Of a DNA stretch of 64,000 nt, positions 50,731 to 60,504 are shown in pieces. Within the stretch, counting starts at the first letter, position 1. Each line of letters starts with the position of its first letter. Source of the DNA: Promethearchaeota archaeon (GTDB taxonomy: Archaea; Asgardarchaeota; Lokiarchaeia; Sigyniarchaeales; SOKP01); assembly GCA_048938855.1 (NCBI GenBank), contig JBHLLT010000010.1:32001-96000 (forward strand), read 5' to 3'. The translations under genes were made by a program, and so were the position numbers. Below the pieces are notes generated by a model. It had not been told where the DNA came from. It ran no database searches and was given only the letters and a program-made list of their open reading frames with translations.

Positions 50731-52260
50731 TTATAATTGAGGAGTATTGTTAAAACTCCAAGTACCTTTAATGCCTAAATTATCTTGAATTAGAGGTGAT
50801 TGAATGGAATTTATAGACTGGATTTGACCTGAGGGAATGATATTTATAGAATAGTTAAAGGCATCTCCAATTGTTTGATTTTGATTCAACTGATTCCAGA
50901 AGTGGTGGAAAAATATAGAACCCGCAAAACCATCAGCATTAGTATTATCTCGCCAATACCAAGAAAGAATATCAGTAGTCGATGTTATCAATATTGAATT
51001 GGGTATATTATACCAACTTGAACCTATATTAGAGTTTTGATTTAGGAAATTTCCACTAAAACAAAAGTCTAAATTTATCATTATCCGTTTACAATTAATT
51101 TGTGAAATCAGATTAAAAAACTCAATTTCAGTAATATAGCTGTTATCTGCTTCAAAATGAAAAGTTGCATTCCCGTTTGCTTCAATTTTATTTGAACCAT
51201 GATCTACCATATATATTATCAGTTGATCTTTTGCTCTTATACTTGAAGCGAAAGATCCTGATATAGAAACATTTAATTCACTTTTAAACCTACTGGAATT
51301 TACATCATTATTCTCCACATCCACCACTGCTTCTATTCCTGACCTATTTAAATCATTTGGAATTCCATCAGAAGCATCAATATCAATGATATCATCTCCA
51401 GTATGGTAAAGCATTAAAAAAATATCATCGTCATTGTATCCATGATCCTTTAAAATCCAGTAAACTTGGAGTGCTTGGGCTGGAAAGCCATCTGTATCTT
51501 GATTACTAGGAGGGGGGCTTGGTATTGGAGGTGGAAACCAATATTCAACCTTAATATCGTCAAAAAGGACCATATCTGTACCAGTCATATTACCCTCAAC
51601 TGCTAAAACTAAATGTAATTGAGTTATCTCTGTTTTATTTGAAGCAGCGATTCCCGTTACGTTTAAAAAATTCCATCCTGGAAAGGGTCCAAATAATCCT
51701 GTTGACCAATCTGTTCTTATTATGTCATTACTAGAATTTAACCATCGTAATCCTATTCTGGCCCCAGCGCCTGGAGGGGTTATTACAGCGGGGAATATAG
51801 GGGGTGTATTTATGTTAGTTGTAATATTAACCCATGCAGAAAGATTATATGCGGCATATTTAAGTAACGGATGATATTTTGTCCAATTGTATACAAACTC
51901 AGTATTAACAGCTTTGGAGGTAGGTGGACTTGTTACAATTAATTGGATAACTCCTGGAGTATCATGACCTGGTATCGAGCTGTCAATTCCCCCATATTCG
52001 TTGGGGCCAAAATTTTCTGCCCATTTGGAAGGAAAAGGTTCACTATTAAACTTACCATCTTCTCCGTTATTAAAATCAGGTTCTCCATCCTTTCTATAGA
52101 AATCATTTGCACTACTAAGAATAATTGCCTTTCTCCCTCCTGGAGGCTTTGGCAATCGCATGATTGGAAGATATAATATCCATCCGGAAATAATTAATAC
52201 TATAATTATAATAAATGCTACTATAGGGGTATATTTCCTTAAAATCCGTTTTAAATCCAT
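50731..52260 (-). CDS. Membrane-anchored clan CD cysteine peptidase (C13 legumain/GPI8-like) with inserted beta-rich domain
   Basis: VY.IL...GY..D.I.LM, YMVDHGS (His), LDFCFSG (Cys), GS.F; N-terminal TM. Confidence 0.8.
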   Translation of the reverse strand: MDLKRILRKYTPIVAFIIIIVLIISGWILYLPIMRLPKPPGGRKAIILSSANDFYRKDGEPDFNNGEDGKFNSEPFPSKWAENFGPNEYGGIDSSIPGHDTPGVIQLIVTSPPTSKAVNTEFVYNWTKYHPLLKYAAYNLSAWVNITTNINTPPIFPAVITPPGAGARIGLRWLNSSNDIIRTDWSTGLFGPFPGWNFLNVTGIAASNKTEITQLHLVLAVEGNMTGTDMVLFDDIKVEYWFPPPIPSPPPSNQDTDGFPAQALQVYWILKDHGYNDDDIFLMLYHTGDDIIDIDASDGIPNDLNRSGIEAVVDVENNDVNSSRFKSELNVSISGSFASSIRAKDQLIIYMVDHGSNKIEANGNATFHFEADNSYITEIEFFNLISQINCKRIMINLDFCFSGNFLNQNSNIGSSWYNIPNSILITSTTDILSWYWRDNTNADGFAGSIFFHHFWNQLNQNQTIGDAFNYSINIIPSGQIQSINSIQSPLIQDNLGIKGTWSFNNTPQL

Positions 52261-52495
52261 ATAAGGTCACTTATGTTTTTATTTTCTATGTAAAATGATA
52301 CTAATTTCTTTAATACCTATAAAATACAATTACACGAGATTCCATTTTAAATCTTACTCTTCTCAGTTAAAAGAATTAAGTTGTTTTGAATTTTATAATT
52401 TTCTAAAAAGGTTTTTAAAAATAAATATAAAAAAAAAATAGAGAACAATACCCTCATTCTTTCATTTTCAGGATTTCTTAAAATGAAAGCTTTTT

Positions 52496-52546
52496 TCTTA
52501 CTCCCTCACCAGCTCCGCGACAGAAACTATTAAGCTTAAAACGATT
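52496..52546 (-). pseudogene. Degenerate fragment of a CCG-domain (HdrD-like) gene (NRFKLNSFCRGAGEGVR)
   Basis: 12 of 17 residues match YRIKLNSMCCGAGGGVR of the adjacent gene; flanked by stops. Confidence 0.6.
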
Positions 52547-52671
52547 CTAAGTACATTATATCATGTTTCTCATAATTAATTTACTTCACGACTTTGATAA
52601 AAATTACTTTAATCAGAAATTAAAATCCTACAAGAAAAAAATAAAAAAAAAGTCAAGAATAAAGATTAAAA

Positions 52672-54093
52672 TTATTTCTTAGGTTTGTCTTCCATTGTTT
52701 CCCTAATGGAAGGAATTACGAAATCTTTAGTAGTTGGCTTTTCTATAATCTCTAAAAGATCATATTCTGTGATCATTTGAAGAACTCCCATAACTTTCAT
52801 GCCGTGATTATACGTTTCATTGGCATCTGAGAGATTCCTCCAACAAAACGGACATTCGGTGGTTAAGATATCTGCTCCAACAGCATTCGCTTCATCACAT
52901 CGAAGACTTGCTGTTTTTATTGAAAATTCAGGATATCCAGCCCTTACACCGCCACCTGCTCCACAACACATGCTATTTAGTTTTATTCGATACATCTCTT
53001 TGAACTTTATTCCAACGTCTTCTTCAAGTTTTCTAAGAATAATCCGTGGGACTTCATACCACGCATCAATTGCTTCTTTAATTTTTCGACTATCCATCAT
53101 AAGATTAGTCGATTTCTCAATCATATCTTGTTCCATATCAACTGCGAAATGCCTTCCTGTATGACAAGGATCATGATAGGTGACTACTTTTCCCTTCAAT
53201 TCTTTATTGGTTTTAAATTTAATTTTCCCCTGTTCTACTAATCTTGCTACAAGTTCAAAAGCGTGTTGTGTTTTAAAAGGAAGTTTTTCACCTTCAGACA
53301 TCCATTTTGGATAATCAATAGTAAATGTTCTATAACACCCAGCACAACTGAAATACACCATTTCAACATTTTTAAATGCTTCAAGATTTTTCTTCATTAA
53401 TTCTTGTGCAGTATCAACAGCTCCCACCCTAAAGAATGGGCTTCCACAACAAACTTCATCAGCAACCAATGTAAAATTCATTCCTAATTGTTCAAATAAT
53501 TTGGCTGTTGCTATTGCTACCTCTACTTGTCGATAACTAGCGGTACATCCTACATAGTAAGCAATTTTTGCTTCTTTATTATTAATAAACTTTTCTAAAC
53601 CCGCATCTTTAGCCCATTTTAGTCGCTCGTCAGCAGCACCCCCATAGGGATTATTTCGTTCTTTTACTAATTTATCTACTAGTTCATGCTTGTCTATCAT
53701 TGGTACGCCAGATTCCATGCATGCGGCTCTTAATGCTTCGATAATATCAACTGTTCTAACCTTATTTTCACATTGAGCCGAACATTGACCGCATGTAATA
53801 CAAGGTAAAATAACATCTCGAACTTCTTCTGTAAATTCTAAATCACCACTTAAAATAGAGCGAGCAATCCATATTTTTCCTGCATTCCAGTAAGCTTCCC
53901 AGCCATATTCGATCCCTGCTGGACAAGCGTCGACCATTCCTTCATAGAGCACAGTTCCTTGTTTTCCAGTATATTCCCCAATTCCTTCTTTATCAGGTTC
54001 ACCAGAATAGGCAAATCTACATGCTTTACAATGAATACATTTATAAATATCCTTTTTTAATTCTTGTAATCTTTCCATTCCTGTTTTAGCCAT
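52672..54093 (-). CDS. HdrD/GlpC-like Fe-S oxidoreductase (ferredoxin-like + two CCG domains)
   Basis: CIHCKAC, CITCGQCSAQC, EVCCG, YHDPCH, CCGAGGG, ECPFC. Confidence 0.92.
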   Translation of the reverse strand: MAKTGMERLQELKKDIYKCIHCKACRFAYSGEPDKEGIGEYTGKQGTVLYEGMVDACPAGIEYGWEAYWNAGKIWIARSILSGDLEFTEEVRDVILPCITCGQCSAQCENKVRTVDIIEALRAACMESGVPMIDKHELVDKLVKERNNPYGGAADERLKWAKDAGLEKFINNKEAKIAYYVGCTASYRQVEVAIATAKLFEQLGMNFTLVADEVCCGSPFFRVGAVDTAQELMKKNLEAFKNVEMVYFSCAGCYRTFTIDYPKWMSEGEKLPFKTQHAFELVARLVEQGKIKFKTNKELKGKVVTYHDPCHTGRHFAVDMEQDMIEKSTNLMMDSRKIKEAIDAWYEVPRIILRKLEEDVGIKFKEMYRIKLNSMCCGAGGGVRAGYPEFSIKTASLRCDEANAVGADILTTECPFCWRNLSDANETYNHGMKVMGVLQMITEYDLLEIIEKPTTKDFVIPSIRETMEDKPKK

Positions 54094-54114
54094 TATTTTA
54101 TCAACCTCCTTATT

Positions 54115-55605
54115 TTATGGAAGAGCTAGTCTTCCTGGATGCATTATCATATTTGGATCAACAAGCTTCTTGAATGCTCTTAAATATTTCCAATACATAC
54201 CAGCTTGATAATAAGCTTGTACGTGAATATAAGGATCAGGGCGGTAATTCAACCAGCCTTGTTTAAGTGCATATTCAGTTGTATCCTGATTCAACTCTTG
54301 AACCTTTTCCAAGTCGGATTGTTTAGTAGAATCAAAGCACACGATTGGCATACAGATTGCTTGTCTACATCGTTCAATACTTGCAATCCATATTACTGGG
54401 GGGAATCCATAATCTTCCATTTTTTTCGTATACATGTCAGCAAAATGCCCACATTCCGGCCATGGAGTATACCAAGTAATGAAAAGAAAGCCTGCTTCCC
54501 AAAAGCTATAAGGAATAGCGATTTTATTTGGCTTTTTCATTCGACTTGCGATCTGTTTAGGATGTAGTTCCTGTTTGACAATAGCATCAGGGCTTTTTGC
54601 TCTTTTTTTAAAATCTTCAGCCATTTTATCAATTTTACTAGTTGCATAATCAAGTTCTTCTTGAGTTTGTGCCCATGTTTCCCAATTCATCCACCACTGA
54701 GAAATACCAATTTCTTTATAGAAGGCATAATCGTGAGGGATTTTATCCTTGGGCCATCGAGCCATTACAAGGGGGTAGTTTCCTCCTTGAACCATAACAG
54801 TATGATGGCTAATTCCAAATTCTTGTTTAGCAACTTCAAGAGTCAAATCCTGCATATCGTAAGGATTGTCCATACCCCAAACAACAACAGTTTTAAATTT
54901 AGGGTGGGGATATATTTTCACAGCAGCTTTTGTAACTACGCCAAATGCCCCCTGGCTCCCCATAAGAAAAGACCACATATCAGGTCCTATCCCATACTTA
55001 TAAAAAGGTTTAGCAAAAGGGAGAGCCCACGAACCAGTTCGTACTACATCTCCATTAGGGAATACAATCTCACCACACATAAAGTTATCTCCTTGCGGAC
55101 CTACTGAAGATGTGTATAGAGAGAATCCTCGATCGATTGCATCACCCATAACTGTTGCTGCGGGTGGAGCCCCATCAGGAATTGGAGGTGCCCAATCTGG
55201 ATGGTATTTATGCATATAACTCCAAAGCTGCCCATTTGTGACCCCTGGTTCTATTACACAATAGCGGTTATCCTCATCTATTTCAATAATCCTATTCATT
55301 CTGCCTAAATCAAGCAATACTCCACCTGGTTTAATAGTTGGGCATGCAAAACCACCTGATAGACCAGCAGATACAGGACTTACAGCAATCTTCTCTGCAG
55401 AACAGTATATCAAGATTTTACGTATTTCTTCAACATATTTTGGTCTAACGACAATATCGGGAATTTGTGATTCTAAACCCATTACCGATTTTGCCAGATA
55501 ACCTGCAGTAATCGCTTTATTATTTGTTGCATACTCTTTACCGACAATACCAATCATAGCTTCCAAATCTTTTTCATCCGGTAATTTATAGCTCATAATT
55601 TCCAA
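54115..55605 (-). CDS. FAD-binding oxidoreductase (VAO/PCMH/GlcD superfamily)
   Basis: PDIVVRP, DLGRMNRI, EPGVT, GPD....GSQGAFGVVTK, DPNMIMHPG. Confidence 0.9.
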   Translation of the reverse strand: MEIMSYKLPDEKDLEAMIGIVGKEYATNNKAITAGYLAKSVMGLESQIPDIVVRPKYVEEIRKILIYCSAEKIAVSPVSAGLSGGFACPTIKPGGVLLDLGRMNRIIEIDEDNRYCVIEPGVTNGQLWSYMHKYHPDWAPPIPDGAPPAATVMGDAIDRGFSLYTSSVGPQGDNFMCGEIVFPNGDVVRTGSWALPFAKPFYKYGIGPDMWSFLMGSQGAFGVVTKAAVKIYPHPKFKTVVVWGMDNPYDMQDLTLEVAKQEFGISHHTVMVQGGNYPLVMARWPKDKIPHDYAFYKEIGISQWWMNWETWAQTQEELDYATSKIDKMAEDFKKRAKSPDAIVKQELHPKQIASRMKKPNKIAIPYSFWEAGFLFITWYTPWPECGHFADMYTKKMEDYGFPPVIWIASIERCRQAICMPIVCFDSTKQSDLEKVQELNQDTTEYALKQGWLNYRPDPYIHVQAYYQAGMYWKYLRAFKKLVDPNMIMHPGRLALP

Positions 55606-55822
55606 CCCATTAACTAATCTTCAACTTTTAGATTTTATTTAATTAAAATTATTATTTTGGAAAATTAAGTACTGAATTTTAAATTTTCTTATATCTTTTT
55701 CATACAAACAATGATATTTTCTTATAGAAGTAATGTTTCATTTCTATAAGTTAAAAATTATTTTAAGTAAAGAAGTAAAAATCTATAAAATAACGAGAAT
55801 TCATGAAACTCCTATTCTTATT

Positions 55823-56368
55823 CTAATTTTCAATCGTTATAAATTTACCAATTTTAGAATTAATTTGATGTGTTGTTCTTCTCTTATCATTTGCTTTGTA
55901 ATCAAGAAAAAGTTCATTGTAATCATCAATAAATTCCCAAAATTCTTCATAAATTTCTTTTGAACTCATCTTTTTTCTTTCTATTTTGTGATTTTGTGTT
56001 AAAACTTTTGGTTTGATTTCTTTTTGTTTAGCTATAGGCTTAAATTCAACTTTATCTCCATTAAAAATTAGCTTTTGGAAATAATTACCATATTTCTCCT
56101 TAGACACATTAAAAGCTTTTACACCATTCCTTAAGATCTTAGAGTTATCCTGGGGTAATTCCAAATCTACTTTTTGATAACCTCGAATTTGAAAATTCTT
56201 ATCGATAAAAAACTGAAAGTGATGCGGACAAATTAAACCTTTATGAACTGAAACTGTAGTTAATTGGGTTTCTTTATTTAATCTTGAAGGTGGTATACCC
56301 ACAGCATCCCGTGTTTTACAAATTGGGCATATAACTTGAATTTTATTTGTCTTGCCGAGGATAACCAT
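55823..56368 (-). CDS. Hypothetical protein with N-terminal CxxC...CxH zinc-binding motif
   Basis: CPIC...ICPHHFQFFID...IRGYQKVD. Confidence 0.75.
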   Translation of the reverse strand: MVILGKTNKIQVICPICKTRDAVGIPPSRLNKETQLTTVSVHKGLICPHHFQFFIDKNFQIRGYQKVDLELPQDNSKILRNGVKAFNVSKEKYGNYFQKLIFNGDKVEFKPIAKQKEIKPKVLTQNHKIERKKMSSKEIYEEFWEFIDDYNELFLDYKANDKRRTTHQINSKIGKFITIEN

Positions 56369-56531
56369 TAATTCTCACATTAATAAAATAAATCTATACC
56401 TTTCAAAAATCTCTTAAACATAATATTTAAACTAAGCATTTTTATTGGTTATGACCGAATCTTTAAGTTCAAAAAAAAATTTTTCCAATTATATCACTAT
56501 TTGTAATTCTATTCTGGAAAGAGTTGATATC

Positions 56532-57941
56532 ATGTCAGAATTGGATGTTTTTTTTCACCCAAAATCAATCGCGATAATTGGAGCGTCAGATAGTTTTAAA
56601 TTTGGATATAATACAACGAAATATTTATTGGAATCAGAGTTTAAAACATATCCAGTTAATATAAAAAAAAAAGAAATACATGGTCATAAAGCGTTTAAAA
56701 GTGTAAAAGATATTCCTGAAGAAATCGATTTAGCAATAATACTTGTTGGAAATGAATTCGTTCTTCAAACAGTAAAGGATTGTATCGAAAAAGGTGTGAA
56801 GGGTATAGTAATTGAATCGGCTGGTTTTGCAGAGACTGGTGTTGAAAGATTTATAAAAATTCAGAAAGAAATTGAAAATATTGCTAAAAAGTCGAAAGTA
56901 CGAATTATAGGTCCAAATTGCGTAGGAGTAACAGATTTTAATAATCAATTTACAACTGCAGATATGAGTTTTGATGAAGCAATTAATGGAAAAGTAGCAG
57001 TTATAGCACAATCTGGAGTTCTTGGCAACATATTTATAGATTGGGCGACTGACAAAGGAATTGGCTTTTCTAAAACTATCACAATCGGAAACAAGGTAGA
57101 TGTTGATGAGGTCGATCTATTAAAATATTTAAACAAAGATCCTGAAACTAAAGTCATTACTCTTTACTTAGAAGGCACCAAACGAGGAAAAGAATTATTA
57201 GAAACGTTTAAAAATATGGTAAAACCGGTTCTAATTTTAAAAAACGGGAAAAGCGATATAGGGTCAAAAGCAATTACCAGTCATACTGGTTCAATGGCGG
57301 GGAATAATAGAATATATGATGTCGTTATAAAGCAAAATCCACGAATTTTTAGAGTAAACAATTTTTATGAAATGTTTAATATAGCACACGTATTTGCCAC
57401 TCAACCCTTGCCCGTTGGAAAAAATGTGTCTATTATTACAGGTTCTGGAAGTTTGGGAGCCTTGGCCTGTGATGAAATTGAAGAACAAGGCTTAAGCTTA
57501 GCAAATTTAAGCGAACATACTATAGCTATTATTAACTCAGTAATCCCTAATTGGGTATCAATTAAGGGTACTATTGATTTAGGGCCTTCCATATTTCAAA
57601 CATTTATTCCTGTTATAAATGCGATTTTCGAAGATAAGAATGTGGATTGCGTTTTATATATTTTTTCAGTTCCTCGATGGCCACTTCAAATAATGGGTTC
57701 GATGGCCACAAATTGGGCAATCGAGCAATTTAGAGCTATTAAATTATTAATACAAAAATTTAATAAGCCATGTATCTGCGTATGCTTTGGTTCTGGATGG
57801 ACATTTGATTTTCTTAGAAAATCAGAGTCTAAATCTAATTCAGAAGTAACAATTCCAATAATGAGTAGGATAAAGCATGCTGTAATAGCGTTTAGAATGA
57901 TGAATGAATTCAATAAAAATCAATTTGACAGCTCTAACTAA
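56532..57941 (+). CDS. Acyl-CoA synthetase (NDP-forming) alpha subunit
   Basis: PKSIAIIGAS, YPVN, SAGFAE, GPNC, QSG, SHTG phospho-His. Confidence 0.92.
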   Translation: MSELDVFFHPKSIAIIGASDSFKFGYNTTKYLLESEFKTYPVNIKKKEIHGHKAFKSVKDIPEEIDLAIILVGNEFVLQTVKDCIEKGVKGIVIESAGFAETGVERFIKIQKEIENIAKKSKVRIIGPNCVGVTDFNNQFTTADMSFDEAINGKVAVIAQSGVLGNIFIDWATDKGIGFSKTITIGNKVDVDEVDLLKYLNKDPETKVITLYLEGTKRGKELLETFKNMVKPVLILKNGKSDIGSKAITSHTGSMAGNNRIYDVVIKQNPRIFRVNNFYEMFNIAHVFATQPLPVGKNVSIITGSGSLGALACDEIEEQGLSLANLSEHTIAIINSVIPNWVSIKGTIDLGPSIFQTFIPVINAIFEDKNVDCVLYIFSVPRWPLQIMGSMATNWAIEQFRAIKLLIQKFNKPCICVCFGSGWTFDFLRKSESKSNSEVTIPIMSRIKHAVIAFRMMNEFNKNQFDSSN

Positions 57942-58057
57942 TTTAAAAAAAAAATTTACTTTTAAACTAATTTTAAAAACTGGACTCCAAATTTTTTTAA
58001 TTTGACTAAGATCTACCCATAATTAAGTAAAAACAAATTAAATGAAGTGATAAAATA

Positions 58058-58591
58058 GTGTTCGATTTTAGTAATATTGCTACTGCTTGGCAAGAAATTG
58101 TAAACTGGTTTTTAGCCCAACCACTCTTTGCACAAGTACTTGTAATTATTGGAGTTGTTGCAGTTTTAGTGCTTGCGGTAATTCTAGTTTATTATGTCTT
58201 GAAAGGAATTGGCTATTTAATTTACTATTTGTTTAAAGGTATTTATTATCTATTTAAAGGAATAGGTCTACTGATTTATAAGATTTTTGAAGGGTTATAT
58301 TACGCAATTTCGGGGAAACCTAAGCCAAAGAAATGCTGTGAGGTTCCCAATGAACAACAACCAACGCAGCAACAATCGACTCAACCTGCTCAGGTAAAGG
58401 AAGAAGAGCCAATTGTACCCATACAAAAAACTCCTCAGGTAGTTCACTCCGAAATAACTTTTTGTAGTGAATGTGGAAATAAGTTCACTGATACAATGCT
58501 TCAATCCTTATCAGAAACAGGAGTTGCATATTGTATTCATTGTGGAAGCAAGAAAACTCAAGAATACCAAATGAGTATTGAAAGTCAATAA
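58058..58591 (+). CDS. Membrane protein with Q/P-rich linker and C-terminal zinc ribbon
   Basis: TM, KGI.YL repeats, CSEC...CIHC. Confidence 0.75.
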   Translation: MFDFSNIATAWQEIVNWFLAQPLFAQVLVIIGVVAVLVLAVILVYYVLKGIGYLIYYLFKGIYYLFKGIGLLIYKIFEGLYYAISGKPKPKKCCEVPNEQQPTQQQSTQPAQVKEEEPIVPIQKTPQVVHSEITFCSECGNKFTDTMLQSLSETGVAYCIHCGSKKTQEYQMSIESQ

Positions 58592-58607
58592 ATTTTTTTA
58601 TTCTTTT

Positions 58608-59477
58608 TTATTTTTTTAAAGCTTTTTCAAATAACAAGACACCAAATCGTTTATCTTCATGATATTGAAATCCTATCTTCTTGATCAGATCTACTACATC
58701 ATGTTTACAAAATACCTCAAAAATTTTTGTTCCTTTAGTTTCAAGCTCCTTTTGAATTGTATATTGAATTAAATCACATGCCCCTTTTGGATTTCCATAA
58801 ACTATCATCCATACTTCTTGTTCTAATGGAAGCTCATAATCATGAGGGTTTTCGAATTCAATTTTTTGCAAAATAGCCTCTTTATTATAAATCCATGAAC
58901 CAAGTTCAGTATTAATATATTTTAATGGAATGAAAGACCAACCAATACAAATCTCATCTCCAGGACCAATGTTAAATTCCTTATAAATCTGTTTTGCATC
59001 ATCATCAGTAAGTACATCAATGTTAGGATTAATTTTGCCGGATAATTTAACATCATCAGAATTTACCATTACTAGATCCATACATTTTTTTTGTTCAAAT
59101 CCATAAAACTTTGCTAATTTTATTGATGCATAATTATCAGAAGCAGTATCATATTGAGCTACCTTTACTCCTGATTTAGCTGCATATTTTACAGCATAAC
59201 CTAATTGCATTTTACCAATTCCTTGACCTTGATATGAAACTTTTATTCTTCCTCCTTCTAACCATGCTACATCATTATTATATAGCTTTACACGTCCAAA
59301 TCCTATTAAATTTGTTTTATCTTTATCCTCAAATGTACCATAATTCATACTTCTCTTATCTTGGAGCCATTTTTCTATAACATGAGGGACATAATCATCT
59401 CCCTCCCAAATATCTTTACTAATATCTTTTATTGCTGGAATATCAGCGATGGTTAGTTCTCGGAAATAGACTTTCAT
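58608..59477 (-). CDS. GNAT family acetyltransferase
   Basis: WLEGGR....QGQGIG, N.AS.KL...GF. Confidence 0.88.
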   Translation of the reverse strand: MKVYFRELTIADIPAIKDISKDIWEGDDYVPHVIEKWLQDKRSMNYGTFEDKDKTNLIGFGRVKLYNNDVAWLEGGRIKVSYQGQGIGKMQLGYAVKYAAKSGVKVAQYDTASDNYASIKLAKFYGFEQKKCMDLVMVNSDDVKLSGKINPNIDVLTDDDAKQIYKEFNIGPGDEICIGWSFIPLKYINTELGSWIYNKEAILQKIEFENPHDYELPLEQEVWMIVYGNPKGACDLIQYTIQKELETKGTKIFEVFCKHDVVDLIKKIGFQYHEDKRFGVLLFEKALKK

Positions 59478-59551
59478 AAAAATTCCTTTATTACATCTGA
59501 ATATTGAAAATTAATAATATAAAATCTGGAAAAAATAAATTCTTTATTGTT

Positions 59552-60139
59552 TTAGGCTTTAAAATACCTTCTGTATAGACTATAATACAGAAAAAATGCC
59601 AGAATATAATGGATTAATATGCAGGGTAAAATACCTACGTTTAAGAATATATAACCAATGTATAGTCCCATTAAGAATGTATATGCCAAGTTTATCAATA
59701 AAATAGTTAAATTCTTAAATGCAAACCATGTATGAATATGATATAAAGAGAAAACTACACTCGAAATAAGAATTACAGAAATTTCGCTAAAATTTAGTGA
59801 AATACTCAAGAAGCCGATTAAATAATATCTAAAAATTAATTCTTCCATAATTATTGTAAGAGGAAAGAACAAATATAATACAAATCTGTTGTTTTTAGTA
59901 ATTAATGCGCTCATAACGTCGTGGTTTCGCATCAATTCAATATTCTCATTATTAAAAATAAATATTTCAATAAACTTCCCAAGAATTATAAGTACAACTA
60001 AACCTAATAAAAATGCTAGAATAAAGAACGGATCTAATACAGTAATAAAAGTATATTGAATATAAACTCCAAAAATCATTGGGATAAATAAGAAAAAAGA
60101 AATGACTACAATTATAGCATATTTACCTGAATATTCCAA
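59552..60139 (-). CDS. CPBP (Rce1/Abi-type) intramembrane protease
   Basis: EELIFR, FSLYH, ILIH. Confidence 0.85.
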   Translation of the reverse strand: MEYSGKYAIIVVISFFLFIPMIFGVYIQYTFITVLDPFFILAFLLGLVVLIILGKFIEIFIFNNENIELMRNHDVMSALITKNNRFVLYLFFPLTIIMEELIFRYYLIGFLSISLNFSEISVILISSVVFSLYHIHTWFAFKNLTILLINLAYTFLMGLYIGYIFLNVGILPCILIHYILAFFLYYSLYRRYFKA

Positions 60140-60219
60140 TCAATACCAACCTAATTTCCTATATTATTTAAAAAGAAAACCTTGAATTTAATTTAATCAA
60201 ATTAGATGTATAAGAAAAT

Positions 60220-60504
60220 TTAGCTAGGGTAATCATTTTTAGAACCCATAAGCGTGGTGGTTTCTTCGATCCATTGAGATAAGTCTTTATCAACTCTACA
60301 AAATGTGACAATTTTATCTATATCTCTTAATTTAGAAAAGGAACACTCTACAATTACATCCCAACCACCATATATTGGTGTAGCATAAGTAATTTTCCAA
60401 TCTTCATCTGGTTCTGTTGATTTTAAATTAGTCAATTTCTCAACAACCCTCCATTCTGTCCCAATTGCTTTTAGCCGTATTAAGATATAACCCCTATAAT
60501 AAAT
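60220..60504 (-). CDS. Stand-alone Lrp/AsnC ligand-binding (RAM)-like protein; probable ATT start at 60504
   Basis: Extension IYYRGYILIRLKAIGTEWRVVEKL supplies the first strand and helix of the fold; YGGWDVIV and ETTT motifs. Confidence 0.78.
   Translation of the reverse strand: MYYRGYILIRLKAIGTEWRVVEKLTNLKSTEPDEDWKITYATPIYGGWDVIVECSFSKLRDIDKIVTFCRVDKDLSQWIEETTTLMGSKNDYPS

Noticed and set aside
58200-58300. Short repeats (AAAGG.AT...TAT.T) as a CRISPR or tandem DNA repeat
   Set aside because: They are degenerate in-frame KGI.YL coding repeats without repeat-spacer structure
414-60139. A complete eukaryote-like prenylation pathway (prenyltransferase-like protein + two CPBP proteases + Rab-like GTPase)
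   Set aside because: The genes are dispersed, CPBP proteases are ubiquitous in prokaryotes, and the GTPase lacks a CAAX/CC tail
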